Of a stretch of DNA of 40,552 nucleotides, positions 1-7,953 are shown one piece after another. The translations under genes and the position numbers were made by a program. The notes under the pieces were generated by a model that worked only from the letters and a program-made list of their open reading frames with translations, did not search any database and had not been told where the DNA came from. The stretch spans positions 1 to 40,552 of the forward strand of contig CBFDTW010000001.1 in assembly GCA_965613085.1 (NCBI GenBank), given 5' to 3'. Positions within the stretch are counted from its first letter, which is position 1. Each line of letters opens with the position of its first letter. The stretch comes from an uncultured bacterium. GTDB taxonomy: Bacteria > Aerophobota > Aerophobia > Aerophobales > B3-G15.

Positions 1-68
1 TTCAAGCAGAAGACGGCATACGAGATCATGCCTAGTCTCGTGGGCTCGGAGATGTGTATAAGAGACAG
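1..68. other. Illumina Nextera i7/P7 adapter (library artefact, not genomic DNA)
   Basis: Exact string tt+CAAGCAGAAGACGGCATACGAGAT + 8-nt index CATGCCTA + GTCTCGTGGGCTCGG + Tn5 mosaic end AGATGTGTATAAGAGACAG. The reverse complement is present at 40484..40552. Confidence 0.97.
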
Positions 69-560
69 GCATCGTATCTTGCTGAAATTCTGCTTTCTTC
101 CTTGAAAGAGGGACAGGTAAATAAAGCCCTCTTTTCTCTTTTGTTAAGAGCTCTTTTTACTCTGGAGCAGGGAAAAAAGGAAGATTTTGGCATAATAAGC
201 TCTTTTTATAAATTAAAATTGTTTCATCTGGTAGGTTACACCCCTCAGCTTAAAAGATGTGTTGAATGCGGAAAAAATAGGGACTATTTTAATTCATTTT
301 ATTTTGCTCCCGCAAAAGGGGGAATTCTTTGTGAGGAATGCGGGAAAAAAGATATCCAGGCAATAGCTACTTCCAGAACAGCAGTTCTTGCGATGGACTA
401 CCTGCTTTATAATGGCAAAATAACTGCCCCGACTGTACCGGGTGGTCACGGGATAGAAAAACAGATCAACAGTTTGCTTGATGCCTATTTTTTATTTCAC
501 ATTGACGGGGAAAAAGGTAGCTCCTGGAGTTTGATCAAGCACCTGGAGAAATTGAAATAA
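69..560 (+). CDS. recO: DNA repair protein RecO, C-terminal fragment (5' end truncated by contig/adapter)
   Basis: In-frame continuation of track ORF 54..560. It has a RecO-like C-terminal region with LKLFHLVGYTPQL followed by two CxxC pairs (CVECG ... CEECG). The ATG at 54 lies inside adapter sequence, so it is not a real start. Confidence 0.7.
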   Translation, partial: ASYLAEILLSSLKEGQVNKALFSLLLRALFTLEQGKKEDFGIISSFYKLKLFHLVGYTPQLKRCVECGKNRDYFNSFYFAPAKGGILCEECGKKDIQAIATSRTAVLAMDYLLYNGKITAPTVPGGHGIEKQINSLLDAYFLFHIDGEKGSSWSLIKHLEKLK

Positions 561-566
561 AGGGGG

Positions 567-1730
567 ATGATATTGGAAGATTATAATCAAAAAAGTGGCT
601 CCGAGGAGAAGATAAGTTCTTCCCTAAGTGAGTATTTCAAAGGTATAAGTAAAACTCCACTTTTATCCAAGGAAGAGGAAAAGGAGCTTGCAATTAAGTT
701 AAAAAAAGGAAGGGAGAGGTTTATTAAATTAGCTTTGAATCTGATCCAGATTGTTAGAAAAGATTCGAATTTTTTAACTTTTTTGCACAAAGAAGGTAGG
801 AACGAGAAGAGTCTGGAAGAGGTTAAGGATAACATAGTTAAAGCAGGAGAATTTTCCGATTTTATGGTGAAAAATAAAGAAAAAATCCTGCAGATTTTAA
901 AGGATAATAAACAGGAAGTTGGAGCTATTATTGAGGATATGGAAAAAGCAAAAAATGCGTACAGTCAATATAAAAAAAGAATGATGGAAGCAAATTTAAG
1001 ATTGGTGGTTAGCTTTGCAAGAAAATATACCGGCAAGGGTGTTTCTTTTCCTGATTTAATTCAGGAAGGAAATATAGGCCTTTCTCAGGCAATAGACAAA
1101 TTTGACTACAAAATAGGTAAAAGGTTCAGTACTTATGCCAGCTGGTGGATAAGGCAGGCCTTATCCCGGGCAATCACAGACCAGGCAAAAGCCATTCGTC
1201 TTCCGGTTCATATTGCCCACCTCATTAAAAAGCTGACCGTCATTTCAAGAAAACTGGAGCAAAGGTTAAAACGTGAGCCAACTCCTGAAGAGATTGCAGA
1301 AGAGGCCAAAATTCCACCTGAGAAAATAAAACAGGCTCTCGGGCTCTCACAGGAGGTTATTTCTTTTGAAACTCCTGTAGGGGAAGAGAAAGATACCCCT
1401 ATGATAGATTTTATTGCCAACTCAACGATTCCTCCACCTGTTTACGAGGTTACGCTGGATATGCTGAAAAAAGATGTTAGAGAACTTCTGGAGAAGGTGG
1501 TAAAAGACCCGAGAGAGCTCGAGATTCTAAAACTTAGATTTGGACTGGAAGGGGGAAGTTATTCTCTTAGAGAGATAGGGAAAAAGTTCGGGGTTAGCAG
1601 GGAGAGGATAAGGCAGCTGGAGGAGAGGGCCTTGAGGCGTCTTCGTGCACCAGCGGAGGAAAAAGGTTTGAGGGGGTATCTGGAGCTGCTGGATTTTATT
1701 CGCTCCCAGCATAAAGAAACCTATATTTAA
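567..1730 (+). CDS. rpoD: RNA polymerase sigma-70 family factor, RpoD-like (primary-type, no long region 1.1)
   Basis: 387 aa. Region 1.2-like PLLSKEEEKELA. Region 2 ANLRLVVSFARKYTGKGVSFPDLIQEGNIGLSQAIDKFDYKIGKRFSTYASWWIRQA. Region 3 RLPVHIAHLIKKL. Region 4 LREIGKKFGVSRERIRQLEERALRRLR. AGGGGG SD sits just upstream. Confidence 0.9.
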   Translation: MILEDYNQKSGSEEKISSSLSEYFKGISKTPLLSKEEEKELAIKLKKGRERFIKLALNLIQIVRKDSNFLTFLHKEGRNEKSLEEVKDNIVKAGEFSDFMVKNKEKILQILKDNKQEVGAIIEDMEKAKNAYSQYKKRMMEANLRLVVSFARKYTGKGVSFPDLIQEGNIGLSQAIDKFDYKIGKRFSTYASWWIRQALSRAITDQAKAIRLPVHIAHLIKKLTVISRKLEQRLKREPTPEEIAEEAKIPPEKIKQALGLSQEVISFETPVGEEKDTPMIDFIANSTIPPPVYEVTLDMLKKDVRELLEKVVKDPRELEILKLRFGLEGGSYSLREIGKKFGVSRERIRQLEERALRRLRAPAEEKGLRGYLELLDFIRSQHKETYI

Positions 1731-1741
1731 AGAGGTCTTTT

Positions 1742-2833
1742 TTGGCAACTCTTTCAGGAGGAATTATAGGTTTACCCAATGCGGGAAAATCAACGGTTTT
1801 TAATGCCCTTACAAAAGGCGCAGCTGCAGTTGCAAGTTACCCTTTCTGTACAGTTTCACCCAATGTAGGTGTAGTTCCTGTTCCCGATCCTCGTTTGAAA
1901 AAGTTAGCCGAGCTTGTCAACCCTGAAGTGGTTACTCCAGCTACAATTGAAGTAGTGGATGTGGCTGGTTTGATAAAAGGAGCCCATAAGGGAGAAGGAC
2001 TCGGTAACGAGTTTTTAAGTAGAATAAGAGGGGTTGATGTTTTAATCCAGGTGGTACGCTGTTTTGATGCAAGAGTACCTCATCCAGAAGGGAGCATTGA
2101 CCCGGTAAGAGACGTAGAAACTATTAAAATAGAGCTTTTTCTCTCAGACCTGGATATAGTTCACAGGAGGTTGACAAGATTAAATAAGCTATTAAAATCA
2201 CCGATTAAAAAGGATGAGAAAACCGTAGAGGTTCTGCATAAGATGGAAAAAGCCTTAAGCGAGGGTATTTTTCCGCAACAGGTTATCTCGGCAGAAGAAT
2301 ATGAGATAATGGAAAAAGAAGGGTTTCTCTCTCTGAAGCCAATGTTCTATGTAGCCAATATAGGAGAGGAGGATTTGGAGTCTCCATCTTCACACCTTGA
2401 GCGTTTTAGGGAGTTTGCAAATAGAGAAAGACTTGAAGTTATTGAGATTTGTGCACAGCTGGAAGCAGAACTTGCAGAATTTTCTGAAGAGGAGAGAAAA
2501 AGGTTCATAAGGGAGATGGGAGTAAAGGAGAACGCGGTTGAGAAACTGGCAAGAGAGATTGCCAGGAAATTAAACTTAATTACCTTTTTTACAATAACAG
2601 GAGGCAGAGAAGTCAGAGCCTGGGCTATTAAGGAAGGTAGCTCAGCAGTGGAAGCAGCAGGTAAGGTTCATTCTGACATGAAGAGAGGATTTGTCAGAGC
2701 CGAAGTAATTGGTGTGGAGGAGCTTCTGGATGCGGGAAGTTTTAAAAGGGCAAAATCCGAGGGAAAAGTAAGGGTAGAAGGTAGAGAATACAGAATAAAA
2801 GACGGGGATGTTGTCCATTTTCTCTTCACGTAA
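1742..2833 (+). CDS. ychF: Ribosome-binding ATPase YchF (Obg-family GTPase/ATPase)
   Basis: 363 aa with a TTG start. G1 motif GLPNAGKST, then VDVAGLIKGAHKGEGLGNEFL, and a C-terminal TGS-like end EGREYRIKDGDVVHFLF. Confidence 0.92.
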   Translation: MATLSGGIIGLPNAGKSTVFNALTKGAAAVASYPFCTVSPNVGVVPVPDPRLKKLAELVNPEVVTPATIEVVDVAGLIKGAHKGEGLGNEFLSRIRGVDVLIQVVRCFDARVPHPEGSIDPVRDVETIKIELFLSDLDIVHRRLTRLNKLLKSPIKKDEKTVEVLHKMEKALSEGIFPQQVISAEEYEIMEKEGFLSLKPMFYVANIGEEDLESPSSHLERFREFANRERLEVIEICAQLEAELAEFSEEERKRFIREMGVKENAVEKLAREIARKLNLITFFTITGGREVRAWAIKEGSSAVEAAGKVHSDMKRGFVRAEVIGVEELLDAGSFKRAKSEGKVRVEGREYRIKDGDVVHFLFT

Positions 2834-2857
2834 GAAGGCTTATTTGAGGAGGTCAAA

Positions 2858-3193
2858 GTGCAGGTATATGAGATGGTTTTTGCTTTAAGGCCAGGATTGG
2901 ATGAGGAAGCAATAAAAAGTGTGAAGGATGAGATTCAAGGTTTTATTGGACAGAACGGGGGAGAAATGGAAGGCTTTACTGATATTGGGAAACGCAAATT
3001 AGCTTATGAGGTAAAAAAAGAGAAAGAAGCGTATTTTATAAAAGTCTCTTTTAGTATAGATCCATCCCGTATTGAAGACCTTCTCAGATGGGTTAGGGCT
3101 CGAGATAATGTAATAAGAGTGATGGTTACCAGGAAACCTTCCCTGGCCGGTGAAGATAAGGAAAGGAGAAAAAGCAATGTCCGCTCTGAATAG
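2858..3193 (+). CDS. rpsF: 30S ribosomal protein S6
   Basis: GTG start after a GAGGAGG SD. N-terminus (M)QVYEMVFALRP is typical of S6. It is the first gene of a conserved rpsF-ssb-rpsR-rplI block. Confidence 0.9.
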   Translation: MQVYEMVFALRPGLDEEAIKSVKDEIQGFIGQNGGEMEGFTDIGKRKLAYEVKKEKEAYFIKVSFSIDPSRIEDLLRWVRARDNVIRVMVTRKPSLAGEDKERRKSNVRSE

Positions 3194-3620
3194 GGTTATA
3201 TTAATAGGTAATTTGACCCGGGACCCCGAGCTAAGATACACACCTGACGGAACTCCTGTGGTGAATTTTACTCTGGCAGTGAATCGCCCTTTTTTAAATC
3301 AGGAAAAGGAAAGGGGAGTTGATTTTATTCCTGTTGTAGCATGGAGAAAACAGGCGGAAAGATGCTCGGAGTATTTGACGAAAGGCTCTCAGGTGGCAGT
3401 TGATGGGAGACTCCAGGTAAGGTCTTACGAAGATAAGGATGGGATTAAAAGAAGAGTGACCGAGGTAATAGCCTGGAGGGTGGAATTTCTCCAGAGATTA
3501 AAAAAGCCACCTGCAGAAGATGAGGTTTTACCTGAGGAAGAAGAGAACGAGATAGACAGCATCTCTATATCTGGTGAAGATATAGATGCGGAGGAAAAAG
3601 AAGAATTTAACCAGGAATAA
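3177..3620 (+). CDS. ssb: Single-stranded DNA-binding protein
   Basis: Track ORF starts at GTG 3150, but ATG 3177 is preceded by AGGAGAA and gives the canonical SSB N-terminus MSALNRVILIGNLTRDPELRYTPDG. It has an OB fold and an acidic C-terminal tail. Confidence 0.9.
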   Translation: MSALNRVILIGNLTRDPELRYTPDGTPVVNFTLAVNRPFLNQEKERGVDFIPVVAWRKQAERCSEYLTKGSQVAVDGRLQVRSYEDKDGIKRRVTEVIAWRVEFLQRLKKPPAEDEVLPEEEENEIDSISISGEDIDAEEKEEFNQE

Positions 3621-3662
3621 CCTGGAAAGTAACTGCAAGGATAATTTGCAAGGGAGGAGTGA

Positions 3663-3881
3663 ATGACCGCCAAGTTTTTTAGAAAGAGAAAGGTTTGTCA
3701 GTTTTGTCGTTCAGGAGTAAAAGTTATAGATTATACAGAGGTTGATACACTGAGAGATTATATAGATAGCAGAGCCAGGATAAAAAACAGGCGCAGGACA
3801 GGAGTTTGCGCCAAACACCAGAGACAGCTATCAAGGGCAATTAAAATTGCAAGGCAGATGGCCCTTTTACCTTATAAATAA
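3663..3881 (+). CDS. rpsR: 30S ribosomal protein S18
   Basis: 72 aa. Contains RKRKVCQFC ... IDYTEVDTLRDYI ... RTGVCAKHQRQLSRAIKIARQMALLPY, a typical S18 sequence. Confidence 0.93.
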   Translation: MTAKFFRKRKVCQFCRSGVKVIDYTEVDTLRDYIDSRARIKNRRRTGVCAKHQRQLSRAIKIARQMALLPYK

Positions 3882-3896
3882 CAGGGAGATGGAAAG

Positions 3897-4346
3897 ATGA
3901 AGGTTATTCTGCGAGAAGATGTGGAAAGCCTGGGAAAGAAAGACCAGATAATTCAGGTAAAAGATGGATATGCCCGCAATTTTTTAATTCCTAAGGGGCT
4001 TGCTCTCCCTGCCACTCCCAGCGAGGTTAAAAAGTGGCAGGAGAGGAAAAAAATAGCACAGCAAAAAAGTGAAAGAGAAAAATTTAAAGCAAAGCAAATA
4101 GAGAAGAAACTAAAGGGCATTACCCTGACTGTTGAGAAAGAAGTAGGAGAAGAAGGTAAATTATTTGGCTCGGTTACCAGTCAGGACATTGTCGGGCAGA
4201 TAAAGAAAAAATTCAACATCTCCTTAGATCACAGGAAGATTGTTTTAAATGAGCCAATAAAGGTAATTGGCGTGAGAGATATTTCTATAAAACTCCATCC
4301 TGAAGTTGAGATTCCTCTCAAAGTCGAGGTAAAAAAGAAGGCTTGA
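3897..4346 (+). CDS. rplI: 50S ribosomal protein L9
   Basis: 149 aa. N-terminus MKVILREDVESLGKKDQIIQVKDGYARNFLIPKGLA is canonical L9. Confidence 0.93.
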   Translation: MKVILREDVESLGKKDQIIQVKDGYARNFLIPKGLALPATPSEVKKWQERKKIAQQKSEREKFKAKQIEKKLKGITLTVEKEVGEEGKLFGSVTSQDIVGQIKKKFNISLDHRKIVLNEPIKVIGVRDISIKLHPEVEIPLKVEVKKKA

Positions 4347-4347
4347 A

Positions 4348-5706
4348 TTATTTTCCAAACTCCAGGATAAGTTGAGTGGACAGGCTGGTGATATCGCCTG
4401 CTCCAATAGTTACAATAATATCGTTTTCCTGCAAATTGTTTTTTACGAAATTAATTATTTTCTGTTTAGAAGAAAAATAATAGGTAGGAAGCCTTCTTCT
4501 TTTGTATAAGAGTTTAAAAAGAGTCTCTCCGGTTATTCCGGAAATAGGTGTCTCACTTGCTGCATAGATCGGGGTAAGAATAAGTATATCAGCCTTATCA
4601 AAAGCGGACAAAAAGCAGGGAAGTAAGAGTTTGGTCCTGGTATAGCGATGAGGTTGAAAGATAACAATAAGCCGCCGTCCCAGTCTTTTTAACTCTGCTA
4701 AGGTAGCTTTAATCTCGGTAGGATGATGGGCATAATCGTCAAATACCGGGACCTTACCTATCTGTCCCACTTTTTCCAGTCTCCTTTTCACTCCCTTAAA
4801 CGATGAAAGGCTCTTTTTGATTTTTATCCAGTCAACCCCAAGAAGATATCCAACTCCCACTGTAGCAAGACAGTTATAAACATTATGTAGACCCGGTAAG
4901 GGAACCTTCACCTCTCCCATGATGTTTTTTCCATATCCAATTTTAAATCTGCATCCCAGCTTTTCCAGTTTAATATCTTCGGCCCAGATATCAGCTTGAG
5001 AGTTCAATCCAAAAGTTAATACCCTTTTTCTTAGTTTTTTCTTCTTCAACAGATAAAAAAGAGCAGGATCATCAAGGTTAACAACTCCTGCTCCCTCGCT
5101 TTTAATCTTATCTGCAAATTTAATAAAAGCCTGCAGGATATTTCTTGGTGACCCATAAAAATCCAGGTGGTCATCTTCCACATTGGTAAGAACGGCTATA
5201 TATGGATGAAGGAAGAGAAAAGAAGCATCGGATTCATCTGATTCTATCACCGCCCACCTGCTTTTTCCCAGTTTGCTATTGGAGTTTATCTTTTTTAAGA
5301 CCCCTCCTATGAGGATGGTGGGGTCTTTGCCTGTGTTTATAAGAAGTTCTGCAACAAGAGCAGTGGTAGTTGTTTTGCCGTGAGTTCCAGCTATAACAAT
5401 ATTTTCCTTAGAATTGGTAATTTGAGCCACAAGTTCTCCCCTGGAGATAAGAGGAACATCTCTTTTTTTTGCTTCCCTTATCTCCGGATTATCCGGACTA
5501 ATAGCTGAGGAAAAAACAACAATATCTGCATCCTCAATGTGAGACTTCCTGTGCCCTTTGTAGATTTTAGCTCCTTGCTCCCTTAATTTTTGTGTAATCT
5601 CTGTTTCCTTTACATCTGAGCCTGACACTTTATAGCCTGATTGGAGCAAAATTTTTGCCAGTCCACTCATTCCTATTCCCCCAACTCCGACGAAGTGAAG
5701 GTGCAT
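4348..5706 (-). CDS. murC: UDP-N-acetylmuramate--L-alanine ligase
   Basis: 452 aa. HFVGVGGIGMSGLA N-terminus, Mur ligase P-loop GTHGKTTTT, and 1-nt TAATG overlap with murG upstream. Confidence 0.92.
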   Translation of the reverse strand: MHLHFVGVGGIGMSGLAKILLQSGYKVSGSDVKETEITQKLREQGAKIYKGHRKSHIEDADIVVFSSAISPDNPEIREAKKRDVPLISRGELVAQITNSKENIVIAGTHGKTTTTALVAELLINTGKDPTILIGGVLKKINSNSKLGKSRWAVIESDESDASFLFLHPYIAVLTNVEDDHLDFYGSPRNILQAFIKFADKIKSEGAGVVNLDDPALFYLLKKKKLRKRVLTFGLNSQADIWAEDIKLEKLGCRFKIGYGKNIMGEVKVPLPGLHNVYNCLATVGVGYLLGVDWIKIKKSLSSFKGVKRRLEKVGQIGKVPVFDDYAHHPTEIKATLAELKRLGRRLIVIFQPHRYTRTKLLLPCFLSAFDKADILILTPIYAASETPISGITGETLFKLLYKRRRLPTYYFSSKQKIINFVKNNLQENDIIVTIGAGDITSLSTQLILEFGK

Positions 5707-6815
5707 TAATTTCTCCCCATTTTCAGAATTAAATCCACAAGGTTCTGTGTAGCTTTTGTCTGTCCTACTTTTTTAGAGGCTTTTTTCATTTTATTCCTGA
5801 GCCCGGGGTTCTCTATTATTTCTTTAATAGTCTTTTTAAGCAGGTTAGGGGTAAGTTTTTCCTGGGTGATCAGGATTGCCCCTCCTTCCTTTTCCAGAAA
5901 AAGGGCATTTGTTAGCTGGTGTTGATCGGTGGCAAAGGGATAGGGTACAAGTATACAGGGAAGGCCACGGGCTGTTATCTCTGAGATGGTAGTTGCTCCG
6001 CTGCGGCATATGACAAGGTCACTTGCTGCCAGAGCGTGGTGAATATCAGAAAGATAGGGGAAAACCTTTCCTTTGATTTTGTTTTCCGTTATTTTTTTTC
6101 TTATCCAGGGGTAGTCTTTTTCTCCGGTAATCAGGATAAACTGGACTTTTTCTCTATCCTCCTCTTTCTGGAAAAGGTAAAGAGTCTCAACTGCTACCTT
6201 GTTTAAATAATGAGCTCCCTGACTGCCTCCCAGAAAAAGAAGGGTAAATTTCCCTTCCTCCAGATTTAGACTCCTGATAGCCTCCCTTCTGGAAGCATTT
6301 ATGATTCTTTCTCTTACCGGATTGCCGGTTACAACTGCCTTTTTTTTACCCCAGGCAGGTAGATATTTTATGCTTTCGGAAAAACTCAGAGCTATTCTGG
6401 AGGCAAAAGGCAGAAGCATTCTGTTGGTAAGGGAAGGATAAAGATTCTGTTCGCAGATTACCACAGGTTTACCCAGAAGAAAAGCCGAGAGAACTACCGG
6501 ATAGGAATGAAAACTGCCCATTCCCACCACCAGCTCTGGTTTAAAGCTGAGGATATATCTCAGAGACTGTATTATGGATATGGTCATTTTTACGATAAAA
6601 TTTAGCAATTTTAAGGAGATGGGTCTTGGAAAAGGTAAGGCATCAATGGATCTGAACTGAACCTTTTCTTTTTCAACAATCTTTCCTTCCCACTCTTTTT
6701 TCCCTCCAATCCATAAAATGGAAAGATCCGGGATTTTTTTCTTCAAGTTCTGGATGAGGGCAACTGCCGGGTAAAGGTGTCCTCCTGTTCCTCCTGCAGT
6801 AATTAAAATTCTCAT
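5706..6815 (-). CDS. murG: UDP-N-acetylglucosamine--N-acetylmuramyl-(pentapeptide) pyrophosphoryl-undecaprenol GlcNAc transferase
   Basis: 369 aa. N-terminus MRILITAGGTGGHLYPAVAL plus GGSQGA and a C-terminal GT28 pattern. Confidence 0.92.
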   Translation of the reverse strand: MRILITAGGTGGHLYPAVALIQNLKKKIPDLSILWIGGKKEWEGKIVEKEKVQFRSIDALPFPRPISLKLLNFIVKMTISIIQSLRYILSFKPELVVGMGSFHSYPVVLSAFLLGKPVVICEQNLYPSLTNRMLLPFASRIALSFSESIKYLPAWGKKKAVVTGNPVRERIINASRREAIRSLNLEEGKFTLLFLGGSQGAHYLNKVAVETLYLFQKEEDREKVQFILITGEKDYPWIRKKITENKIKGKVFPYLSDIHHALAASDLVICRSGATTISEITARGLPCILVPYPFATDQHQLTNALFLEKEGGAILITQEKLTPNLLKKTIKEIIENPGLRNKMKKASKKVGQTKATQNLVDLILKMGRN

Positions 6816-6825
6816 CTTATTTTAT

Positions 6826-7947
6826 CTAAATGGTGTTTTTTTTACCCCAGGCGTAAACTACAGGAGTTGCTATAAATACCGATGAGTAGGTACCAACAAT
6901 TACTCCTACAAGGAGGGAAAAGGTAAATCCATGCAGGGGCTCTCCTCCCCACAGAAAAAGAATCAGAACCACGATAAAAGTGGTCAGGGAAGTAATGATA
7001 GTTCGAGAAAGGGACTGGTTTATACTTAGATTGAGGACATTTTTGGGAGGAATTTTTTTCTTTCTGAGAGTTTTCATATTTTCTCTGATCCTGTCATAAA
7101 TAACAATTGTGTCATTCAAAGAATAACCAACAATGGTTAGAAGAGCTGCTATAATGGGGAGTGTAAATTCAAAATTGCCAAGAGAAAGTGCCCCCACGGT
7201 AATCATCACATCATGAATGAGGGCTATCACTGCTCCCACTGCAAAACGGAGCTCAAATCTCCATGCAATATAAATCAGCATTCCGATTAAACCGAAAGTG
7301 ACAGCCAGAAGGGCATCACGTTGCAGTTCTTTGCTTACCTTTGGTCCTATTAAGTTCACACTGAGAAGTTCAAAAGGGTTCCTTTCCCCAAATTTTTTTC
7401 TTATTGCCTGTTTTATTCTTGATGCCATCTGACGGGAATAAATGTTCCTTATAGCTGTCGTAAGAGTTTCTTTTGAGACCCTGTTTAAATTAATTTTGTC
7501 GGTTTGAGTCTGGTCAATAGTGAGGAGAGTTGTTAAGGTTTCATACCCGACCTCTTCTACCCCGGGAATTTCTTTTAACTGGTCCAGACTGGTAAATCCA
7601 CCTTTTTTCTTGCGGTAATCTATTATATTTGAGGCTATCTGTTCCGAAATTTTTTCCAGGTGGTATCTTATAAGAATAGTATTTTCCCTCTCACTTCCAT
7701 AGCGTTGAATAACAGCTGTTCCAAGGCCAATTCCAACAAGAGCGGATCTTATCTCACCTATCTGAAAAGGCTTCTCAAACTTAAGATGGGTCTCAATTCC
7801 TCCTGTAAAATCAAGTCCAAGTTTTGGTCCTCCTTTTATCACCAGGGAGAGTATGCTGACAGCGATAAGGGCACCTGAGATTATAAAAGCTATCCTTCTC
7901 CACTTAATAAAATCTATACTGGTTTCACCTATGAGCTGCATTTTCAC
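6826..7947 (-). CDS. secF: Protein translocase subunit SecF (with an extra ~60-90 aa insertion in the periplasmic domain)
   Basis: 373 aa. LGLDFTGG motif, C-terminal SecD/SecF TM bundle (GYSLNDTIVIYDRIREN), and position immediately downstream of secD. Confidence 0.9.
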   Translation of the reverse strand: MKMQLIGETSIDFIKWRRIAFIISGALIAVSILSLVIKGGPKLGLDFTGGIETHLKFEKPFQIGEIRSALVGIGLGTAVIQRYGSERENTILIRYHLEKISEQIASNIIDYRKKKGGFTSLDQLKEIPGVEEVGYETLTTLLTIDQTQTDKINLNRVSKETLTTAIRNIYSRQMASRIKQAIRKKFGERNPFELLSVNLIGPKVSKELQRDALLAVTFGLIGMLIYIAWRFELRFAVGAVIALIHDVMITVGALSLGNFEFTLPIIAALLTIVGYSLNDTIVIYDRIRENMKTLRKKKIPPKNVLNLSINQSLSRTIITSLTTFIVVLILFLWGGEPLHGFTFSLLVGVIVGTYSSVFIATPVVYAWGKKNTI

Positions 7948-7953
7948 CTCTTT

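Noticed and set aside
3150-3176. GTG start at 3150 for ssb (track ORF), which would add MKIRKGEKA to the N-terminus
   Set aside because: ATG 3177 has a properly spaced AGGAGAA SD and gives the canonical SSB N-terminus. The upstream extension lies within the rpsF coding region.
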